From Elusimicrobiota bacterium (GTDB lineage Bacteria; CG03; SLGR01; JAGXOG01): DNA of 64,000 bases. The stretch covers positions 41,645 to 105,644 of the forward strand of contig JBNJDT010000001.1 of the NCBI GenBank assembly GCA_051745145.1, in the 5' to 3' direction. Numbering within the stretch: position 1 is the stretch's first letter; each line of letters begins with the position of its first letter. A program made the translations under genes and the position numbers. A model generated the notes under the pieces. That model was not told the DNA's origin. It did no database searches and worked only from the letters and a program-made list of their open reading frames with translations. This document shows, piece after piece, positions 57,463 through 64,000 of this stretch.

Positions 57463-58365
57463 TTACCTTATCTGTTGCTGAATAGCATCCTGGATGCCCC
57501 GTATTACTCCAACATCCGGGTCATCGCCTAAAATTTCTTTAGCCAGATCCTGAGGTTGTTGATCCTGGGTATTTACAACTTTTCGTTCTTCTTCGGGGAA
57601 TAGAGTTTTATAGTTGGCATCTTCCAGCTCAACTTCTTCTTCATCGCCAATTGCTCTAAGAGAAAAAGCCATATCCCCTCTTTGCCTTGCAAAACTGAGT
57701 AAAACAGCTTCCTGGGGTGAAACGGCAAGTGTAATAGTATTTCCTGCTCCGCCTCCTCCGGCTCTCATACCCATCTCTTCTGCCTGCTGCCTTGCTTCGG
57801 GGTGCTCTCCGAATATCGATTCTCTTACTGCCACAACCAGTACATTCTGGAGCATCACTTTCGTTTTAAGTTTTTGTTCGGCTCCGCCGGAATCCTCTAC
57901 TCTGTAATCAAAAGTTCCCATAACGTCTACATAGTTACCTGGCTGAATGTGCATCCCCACACCCGTCTCAGGTCCTACATTAATCGCCACCGCTCGCTTT
58001 CCCTGGGGAAGAGACATTGCCAGACCGGCTTCCCGGCCTATTGCAGCCAGTTTGGTAGTTATTACTTGTTCTTCACGATTAATTGGAGCTACTGAAGTAT
58101 AGACATATCTTCCGTCATCGTCTACCAGATCATCCATTGAAGTTAATGCGGCTGGCTGGATATACTCCTTGGGTACCTGTTCTATCTTAACCATGCTTTC
58201 TTCTAAAACGGTATAAGGTGGAATGTGTTCCCGGGTAACAACTACAGCCTGAGTTTCCCCTCTAGAAACGTATTGCTCTTCTATCCCCCCCATATACATA
58301 GCCACCAAAATTACAACTACAAGCCCTAAAACAGCGGCAATTATTAATGCCTTCTTTTTGTCCAT
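57463..58365 (-). CDS. cpaB: Flp pilus assembly protein CpaB/RcpC
   Basis: N-terminal TM, SAF domain, GKRAVAI, PGNYVDV, LQNVLVVAV, TLAVSPQEA, LR. Confidence 0.92.
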   Translation of the reverse strand: MDKKKALIIAAVLGLVVVILVAMYMGGIEEQYVSRGETQAVVVTREHIPPYTVLEESMVKIEQVPKEYIQPAALTSMDDLVDDDGRYVYTSVAPINREEQVITTKLAAIGREAGLAMSLPQGKRAVAINVGPETGVGMHIQPGNYVDVMGTFDYRVEDSGGAEQKLKTKVMLQNVLVVAVRESIFGEHPEARQQAEEMGMRAGGGGAGNTITLAVSPQEAVLLSFARQRGDMAFSLRAIGDEEEVELEDANYKTLFPEEERKVVNTQDQQPQDLAKEILGDDPDVGVIRGIQDAIQQQIR

Positions 58366-58457
58366 ACTTTCTCTCCTCTTTTTCTAAAGACCCTTACTTT
58401 TTTCTCTTAAATACCTGATTGAGACTAATTTTAAATATACTACATTACTTTTTTAAA

Positions 58458-58486
58458 AATATATATAAAATAAGAACTTTTGTCAA
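58458..58486 (-). promoter_or_regulatory. Putative sigma70 promoter of the tad operon
   Basis: Minus strand TTGACA (58486-58481)-17 bp-TATATT, about 90 bp upstream of cpaB. Confidence 0.55.
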
Positions 58487-58558
58487 ATTTATATGAATAT
58501 AAAAAAAGAAGATGCTAAAAAGACCAATAAACAAACGATTTAAATTTTAAAAATTATA

Positions 58559-58649
58559 TGGCGGAGAGGGTGGGATTTGAACCCACGGTAGAGTCACCCC
58601 TACACACGATTTCCAATCGTGCTCCTTAAGCCAGCTCGGACACCTCTCC
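58559..58649 (-). tRNA. tRNA-Ser(GGA)
   Basis: GGAGAGG acceptor stem, anticodon arm CACGA-TTGGAAA-TCGTG, long variable arm, GGTTCAAATCC, encoded CCA. Confidence 0.96.
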
Positions 58650-58681
58650 TTGAGGATATACAATTATACAATTATTTGCTT

Positions 58682-60151
58682 TTACTTCAATCCTATATTT
58701 ATATTACTGGGGTCACCATATATTTTCAATCCCACTTCCCGGCCACTTATTACCGGATACAAAGTAAAATTTAAATCATTCCCCCATTCATATCTGCCCC
58801 CGCCGCCACCGCTGATATTTTCTCCTTCAAGATTAATATTACTTATTTTAATCTCTTTTTTATCTATAAAAATATTACAGATAAATTTATCCCCTTTAAA
58901 TATATTTTTCTTTTGTCCGGTAAAATTTTCATATATGTCCGATAATTTGCGAATATTTTTTACCTGAAAATTTTCAATTTTAAGTTCAGAATTAAACGTA
59001 AGTTTAGAACCAGGTCCCGACAGCCTGCCGTTTAAGGATATAGTACCGTTATTTATATATTTTTGACTACCTTTTATCATATCGGATACATTATTAAGTT
59101 TAATTTTTTCCCCGATAATATTTAAATTCCAGACTCCCGAGTCATTAATTTTTCCGGTACCCGAAAAGTTGCCGCTGGCTGTTTCTACGACAAACCAGTT
59201 CACTGAAATATTAGAGTCTTTGTAATTTACTCCCCCCTGAAATTCTAAAACCTTATCTGTATTTTTATTAATTATATCTTTATATTCTATTTTACAGGGG
59301 GTCAGATTTATTCGCCAGTTACATTTTAAATTCTCAAAAGAATTTTTGATATTTCCCGAAAAATCCGGAGAGTTTTCCAGTTTTAGTTCTTTCGGTATTA
59401 TATCAGAAGGGAATTTTTTCACTTTATATTTACAATTTATTTTTGGCTCATCTAATATATCCTTTATTTCGCCGGTAAGATTAACAGTACCGCCATATCC
59501 GTTAATATCTGCAGAATTTAAATTAATTTTTTTTCTTAACAGATCTATATCCGCCAGGATATCCATGCTTTGATACCGACTGTCTTTACTTGTAAAGTCC
59601 AGTTCCAAATTTATGGGTTCAAAAAGACCGGTACCTTCCGCATAAAAATTTATATTGCTGAACTTTCTTTCAGGATTATCAGGTGCTTTCAAATTTAAGG
59701 CACCGTCTTTAACTTCAACGGACTTAATTTCAAATTTAATATCCTTTTCCGGTTCTAAAACCAGATCTTCTATTAATTTTTTTATTTTTACACTTGTATT
59801 TACACGGGGAATATTAAATTCCGGATTAACAATAACTATTTCCGTAAATTTAAATTTTTTGCGTAATAAGGGTAATAATCGAAATTTTATTCTTACTTTC
59901 TCACAGTTTACAAAAGGCTTTTTTACATGTTGGTCATCTTTTTTCTGGTTTACTATTATGCCCTCAAGAAAAATTTCCCCTACACCAAACCGGGCATTAC
60001 TTACAATTGTCTCTCTGCCCAAATTCTCTTGCACAGTCTTTTCAAACGCTTCTCTAAGTCTATCCTGCGAAAATACAGTTCTAAAAGCTATATATCCTCC
60101 GATAGATAAAAAAAATAAAACTATTACTGTATATTTGATGCTTTTTTTCAT
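58682..60151 (-). CDS. AsmA family protein
   Basis: Start reassigned to MKKSIKY (60151); N-terminal TM, VQENLGRET, LLPLLRKK...EIVIVNPEF; repeating beta-strand body. Confidence 0.7.
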   Translation of the reverse strand: MKKSIKYTVIVLFFLSIGGYIAFRTVFSQDRLREAFEKTVQENLGRETIVSNARFGVGEIFLEGIIVNQKKDDQHVKKPFVNCEKVRIKFRLLPLLRKKFKFTEIVIVNPEFNIPRVNTSVKIKKLIEDLVLEPEKDIKFEIKSVEVKDGALNLKAPDNPERKFSNINFYAEGTGLFEPINLELDFTSKDSRYQSMDILADIDLLRKKINLNSADINGYGGTVNLTGEIKDILDEPKINCKYKVKKFPSDIIPKELKLENSPDFSGNIKNSFENLKCNWRINLTPCKIEYKDIINKNTDKVLEFQGGVNYKDSNISVNWFVVETASGNFSGTGKINDSGVWNLNIIGEKIKLNNVSDMIKGSQKYINNGTISLNGRLSGPGSKLTFNSELKIENFQVKNIRKLSDIYENFTGQKKNIFKGDKFICNIFIDKKEIKISNINLEGENISGGGGGRYEWGNDLNFTLYPVISGREVGLKIYGDPSNINIGLK

Positions 60152-60170
60152 TTTACGATTATCTTTAATA

Positions 60171-60261
60171 TGGCGGAGGGGAGAGGATTTGAACCCCCGG
60201 TGCCGTAAAGGCACAACGGTTTTCGAGACCGCCGCCATTAGCCAGACTCGGCCACCCCTCC
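60171..60261 (-). tRNA. tRNA-Ser(CGA)
   Basis: GGAGGGG acceptor stem, anticodon arm GCGGT-CTCGAAA-ACCGT, long variable arm, GGTTCAAATCC, CCA. Confidence 0.95.
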
Positions 60262-60282
60262 GCTTTTATTTTATTTATAACA

Positions 60283-60705
60283 TTACTTCCTTTTATCTTT
60301 AAAAAAATTTTTTATTAAACTTTTGCACTCTTTTGAATATGAGTTTAATCTACCGTATTCCAATTTATGAGAAGCGGGTTTTGCCTTGCGGGCTCCAAAA
60401 AAAACTTTTGATATACGGGCTCTTTTTATTGCTTCCACGCACATTGGGCACGGTTTTACAGTTGAAAAAATTTTTGCGCCGTCCAGACGAAAATTGCCGA
60501 TATTTTTAGCTGCTTCTCTTAAAGCCACAATTTCAGCATGGCCCGTAGGATCATTACACCCAATTTGACAGTTTTGTCCTTCCCCTATTACCTTATCGTC
60601 ATAAACTACCACGGCTCCCACCGGAATTTCACCGTTTCTTTTAGCCTGCCGGGCTAATTCAACAGCTTTTTCCATATACTTATTATTATTTCTGTCCTGA
60701 TACAT
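60283..60705 (-). CDS. tadA: tRNA-specific adenosine deaminase
   Basis: GEIPVGAVVV, DPTGHAEI, PCPMC, FF..KR; adjacent to tRNA-Arg(ACG). Confidence 0.85.
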   Translation of the reverse strand: MYQDRNNNKYMEKAVELARQAKRNGEIPVGAVVVYDDKVIGEGQNCQIGCNDPTGHAEIVALREAAKNIGNFRLDGAKIFSTVKPCPMCVEAIKRARISKVFFGARKAKPASHKLEYGRLNSYSKECKSLIKNFFKDKRK

Positions 60706-60725
60706 TATTGAAATTCACTTAAATT

Positions 60726-60802
60726 TGGAGCGCCCGAGAGGATTCGAACCCCCAGCCTGCTGATCCGTAGTCAGCCGCTCTGTCCAGTTGAGCTACGGGC
60801 GC
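60726..60802 (-). tRNA. tRNA-Arg(ACG)
   Basis: GCGCCCG acceptor stem, anticodon arm GCTGA-CTACGGA-TCAGC, GGTTCGAATCC, CCA. Confidence 0.96.
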
Positions 60803-60856
60803 TGTTTTACTGATAAATTTTATTTAAAATTTTATATAGTTCAAGCTTCAGGGGGG

Positions 60857-61681
60857 TCATTTCTTCAGCATTTCTTTTACTTTAGTAAGTACTTGTTGTT
60901 TTTTAAATGGCTTTAAAATAAAAGCGGATGGTCCTTCGGGTTTTAAAGTTTCATAAAGTTTTTTATCCTTCACCAAACCAGAATTAAATATAACGGGAAC
61001 GTCTATACCGGCCTCTCTTATTTTCTTAACACTCTTCCAGCCGCTTAATTTCGGCATCACAACATCTGATATTATAAGATCATAGCTGTCTTCTTTAGCC
61101 TTATTAAAAAGTTCAACTCCAGTCTCCGCCATCTCTAATTCGTATTTACCGGATAAGATTACTTCCAGAAGCTTTAAAATATTTTTCTCATCATCTGCTA
61201 TCAATATTTTTTGTTTTCCCCCGTCAGAATCTCCGGCAGCCTTTTTATCAGATTCTTTGGATTTTTCCCCCTCCGATTTATTTGAGTTTGCCATTTTTTT
61301 GCGAGGAAGTTCATCTTCTCCAAGGAGACGCTCTATTGTATTAAGAAACTGATCTCTTTCAAAAGGTTTAGCTAAATATTCATCCACCCCGCACCTGTCC
61401 TCAATTAAATCAAAACCCTCCCTGGTCATTATTATAACAGGTATGTCCTTGTAAGCTTCTTTTTTAGCAAGTAGTTCCGCAAGCTCATAGCCGGTAATTT
61501 TATCCAGTATATAATCTAAAAAAATAAGTTCCGGAGAGTGCTCTTTTATAAGTGCTAAACAGCTCTTGCCGTCGCGGGCCTCAAATACATCTACGTTATA
61601 ATCACGTAAATATACCTTTATCAGAAAGCGGGCATCCTTATTTTCATCTCCGACAACTATTTTTACTCTATTTTCACTCAC
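60857..61681 (-). CDS. Tandem receiver (REC-REC) domain protein without output domain
   Basis: LIFLD...YLAKPF and IADDE...IISDVVMP...ILKPF, joined by a charged linker. Confidence 0.85.
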   Translation of the reverse strand: MSENRVKIVVGDENKDARFLIKVYLRDYNVDVFEARDGKSCLALIKEHSPELIFLDYILDKITGYELAELLAKKEAYKDIPVIIMTREGFDLIEDRCGVDEYLAKPFERDQFLNTIERLLGEDELPRKKMANSNKSEGEKSKESDKKAAGDSDGGKQKILIADDEKNILKLLEVILSGKYELEMAETGVELFNKAKEDSYDLIISDVVMPKLSGWKSVKKIREAGIDVPVIFNSGLVKDKKLYETLKPEGPSAFILKPFKKQQVLTKVKEMLKK

Positions 61682-63147
61682 TGCAGAATTGATAAAACAA
61701 TTGCCACTACACTTAAAGCTGAAGCTGCTATACCAGCTTTAACTAACATTTCCTGGTCTGAATTTGTTTTTATTTGCGGAGTTCCCTCCACAGTTAATTT
61801 TTTCTCGGTTACTCTTCCTTCCGTATCCCGGCTTTTTACATTTATATTATTTTCACCCACTTTAATTCTCACCGCTGTTACAAAATTCCCGTCATTATCT
61901 ACTTTAACCTTATTATCATTGACCACCACTTTAGCATACGGCTCAGTTTTACCCTTTAGAGAAATAATGTTTTTGGCAATTTTTTCTCCATCTGCTGGAT
62001 TGCTGATCTTAAGACTTGGCGGGTTGGTATCTACAATCATGGGCATGGGATCAGAAAATTCACCCCCGACTCCATTTTTATTTACAAAAGCAGCGCGCCA
62101 CCAGTACTCACCGTCCATTAAATCTTCCTTAATATCATCCGGAGTTACTTTATCAACTTTCCTGTCAACCACTACCCTGGAAAAATCTTTATCCTGAGCT
62201 ATCTGAATATGTACTTTCTCAAACTCATTCTGATTCGAAGACTGTTCTTTATCCCCTGAGGATACTCTGGATACCATCTTCTCAATATCTAACTGCGAAG
62301 AAGACTGTACAGTACTTTGAGCTTCACCGTCTTTAAATTCATCCTCGTTAATTTCCGGAGGGTCCGGTAACTTCATAGGGTCGGAAGGAGCTTCATTTAA
62401 TTTAGCTTCCGACATAAATCCTTCTTCAACTGTCTTCATCTCTCCCGCCGAAATAAAATCAACTTCTCCCTCGTACACACTTAAAGTTGTAGCTTGTTCT
62501 TCATCGACAACGGTCTTATATTTGGACCCGGTCTTAGGGTCAATTGACGCGGTTTCTGTTAAAACCTTTATATCCTCTGCATACAGTTCGCCTGCTTCTA
62601 CTTCCACAATATCATCCCTGGTCTCATCCGGTTTCAAAAATACTAACGAATTTTCCCCTATATCGGCGACTCCGCCTTTTAAATACTCCAATTTGGCTCC
62701 GGAATTTGCCGCTGTCCTTATACCGTCTTCCGGGTAAAGACGTTGATACATATCCGCCTCTTCCCAGGAAGCTGTATCCTGCCTGCGCATGCGCACGTCA
62801 TTTCGCATATGGATTATGTCCGCAATTTCATCCTTAACTAACTCCTCGGGGACTTTTAATTTCTCGCCGGGAACGATTAGATTGGGGTCTCCCGAAGGTA
62901 TCTCATTATACTCTAATAACTGGGGCCATTTTTGGGGGTCATCTAAATATTTATCCGCAAACTTTGACAGAGTATCTCCGGATTCTACTCTTATTTCCAG
63001 TAAATTAACCGGACTTTCACCGGAAGCTGTCAACTCCCCCACCTGTTCTTCCCCGTTATCAGCAAATAATTCTGAAAAAGGTAATAAATTAAATAAAAAT
63101 ATAACAATAAGTATCTTTGTGAATCTGTCTTTAAATTCAAAAAACAT
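61678..63147 (-). CDS. Exported LysM-FecR-Ig-like domain protein with C-terminal membrane anchor
   Basis: LysM VESGDTLS..A.KYL.DP..WP...YN...DPNLIVPG; FecR-like DGIRT..NSGA.L...IGENS; YWWR FN3-like and Ig-like G.TEP...V.VN; hydrophobic C-terminus. Confidence 0.75.
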   Translation of the reverse strand: MFFEFKDRFTKILIVIFLFNLLPFSELFADNGEEQVGELTASGESPVNLLEIRVESGDTLSKFADKYLDDPQKWPQLLEYNEIPSGDPNLIVPGEKLKVPEELVKDEIADIIHMRNDVRMRRQDTASWEEADMYQRLYPEDGIRTAANSGAKLEYLKGGVADIGENSLVFLKPDETRDDIVEVEAGELYAEDIKVLTETASIDPKTGSKYKTVVDEEQATTLSVYEGEVDFISAGEMKTVEEGFMSEAKLNEAPSDPMKLPDPPEINEDEFKDGEAQSTVQSSSQLDIEKMVSRVSSGDKEQSSNQNEFEKVHIQIAQDKDFSRVVVDRKVDKVTPDDIKEDLMDGEYWWRAAFVNKNGVGGEFSDPMPMIVDTNPPSLKISNPADGEKIAKNIISLKGKTEPYAKVVVNDNKVKVDNDGNFVTAVRIKVGENNINVKSRDTEGRVTEKKLTVEGTPQIKTNSDQEMLVKAGIAASALSVVAIVLSILQ

Positions 63148-63512
63148 TATAAACTTATTTTCTTTCCTCCTCTTTAACTTTCCTGTTGCCCCCTACTCAC
63201 ATTATAATACATTATACTTAATTATTCTATTATCTTTAAAATCATAACATATAATATTATCTTCTTCTATGATTAAAGTCACAAAATTAGTATAATGAAT
63301 TTTAGCAATAAAAAATAATTTTAGCAAATCTATATTCTATCCTCGTTAAAAATAAAGAATTTAAGTACATGTATAAATACAGATATAGGCTTATTTTTTT
63401 AAATATAATTTGCAAGTCTTTAAATTTTCAACTTTTTAGCAATAAATAATTTATTATCTTTTTTTTATTTTATAACTTGTTTTTTAAGTAATTTTTAGTT
63501 ATTATTTTTTCT

Positions 63513-64000
63513 ATGAGAAAATTTAAAATACAATTTTTATTTCTGTCGGTTTTCTATATTTTATCGGCTAGTCACATATCGGCAGCCGATAAAACTATCG
63601 ATATAAATATAAATAGAGACGGTAAAATAACACGTGAGATCGGACTTCTTTTAATAAACAGAATGGGATACCTGAAAGCTTCCGATGTTGCGGAAATTTT
63701 CGGGGCTGACCTCAATTATAATAAACAGGATAAAAAAATAATCCTGTCCTGGAACACAAAGCCGGCCCGGCAGGTACAATTTACAATTGGCAAAAAAGCA
63801 GTCCGCATAGAGGGTATAAACCGAAAAATGAGAAAATATCCCCGCATAATCAATGGGATAACGTACTTGCCTTTAGAAGCAATAATTACCCGGGCCTGGG
63901 AAAATGTTGTTGATGCCCAGTTGAACTGGAGTTTTTCGGATAAAACTTTATGGATATCCACAGATGGAAATATTGCTGATATCAGGTACTACACTTACGA
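63513..64000 (+). CDS. Partial exported protein with copper-amine-oxidase-N-like stalk domains; probable N-acetylmuramoyl-L-alanine amidase (runs off the window)
   Basis: Hand translation, open to the window end: MRKFKIQFLFLSVFYILSASHISAADK...YLKASDVAEIFGADLNYN...PRIINGITYLPL...NIADIRYYTY (AMIN-like start). Confidence 0.55.
   Translation, partial: MRKFKIQFLFLSVFYILSASHISAADKTIDININRDGKITREIGLLLINRMGYLKASDVAEIFGADLNYNKQDKKIILSWNTKPARQVQFTIGKKAVRIEGINRKMRKYPRIINGITYLPLEAIITRAWENVVDAQLNWSFSDKTLWISTDGNIADIRYYTY

Noticed and set aside
58559..58649. tRNA-Ser as the integration site of a Tad genomic island
   Set aside because: No integrase, no duplicated tRNA 3' end seen on the far side of the locus, and no obvious compositional break.
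60152..60238. N-terminal extension of the AsmA ORF
   Set aside because: It overlaps tRNA-Ser(CGA); the start at 60151 gives a normal N-terminal membrane anchor.
60283..60705. Link between this tadA and the Tad pilus locus
   Set aside because: Name coincidence only: this is the tRNA deaminase, whereas the pilus ATPase TadA/CpaF is at 53537-56470.
63300..63446. TTTTAGCAA(TAAA) repeated three times in the divergent intergenic region
   Set aside because: Very AT-rich context, irregular spacing and no match to CIRCE; cannot be distinguished from chance or overlapping promoter elements.
63716..63961. Minus-strand 81-aa ORF
   Set aside because: Antisense to the partial plus-strand gene starting at 63513.

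Overview
AT-rich chromosomal window from a diderm bacterium (Skp/OmpH, AsmA, secretin and PorV-like barrel genes). The gene mix resembles Elusimicrobiota or similar candidate-phylum anaerobes; this is an inference only. 1-22.6 kb is mostly housekeeping: AddAB-like helicase-nuclease pair, mltD, mscS, dcd, skp, yihY, aminotransferase, acyl-CoA ligase, PIN-PhoH, tatD, purC, GTP-PEPCK and a Ca/Na antiporter. It also holds a tight three-gene operon encoding a lysine 2,3-aminomutase, a PurD-like ATP-grasp ligase with altered substrate motifs and an EctA-like GNAT, a candidate undescribed beta-lysine-derived osmolyte/metabolite pathway. 23-29.3 kb encodes a 1766-aa secreted protein with 12 cadherin-like repeats plus a PorV-like partner. 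29.3-58.4 kb is a large Tad/Flp pilus locus built from two converging arms. At its centre are three tandem flp pilin cassettes missed by the ORF track, each with its own near-consensus sigma70 promoter, a GTAC-N12-GTAC motif and a terminator. These are flanked by three paralogous GT-C-like membrane proteins, a GT87-like and a GT2 glycosyltransferase, a methyltransferase and an HDAC11-like lipoprotein. The tad arm also has tandem papain-like proteins and a TadZ-TadA-zinc ribbon fusion. The right end carries tRNA-Ser(GGA), asmA, tRNA-Ser(CGA), the tRNA deaminase tadA next to tRNA-Arg(ACG), a REC-REC protein, a LysM-FecR protein and a partial amidase-like gene. No CRISPR array, integrase or transposase was seen. 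All calls come from reading motifs by eye; no database searches were run.
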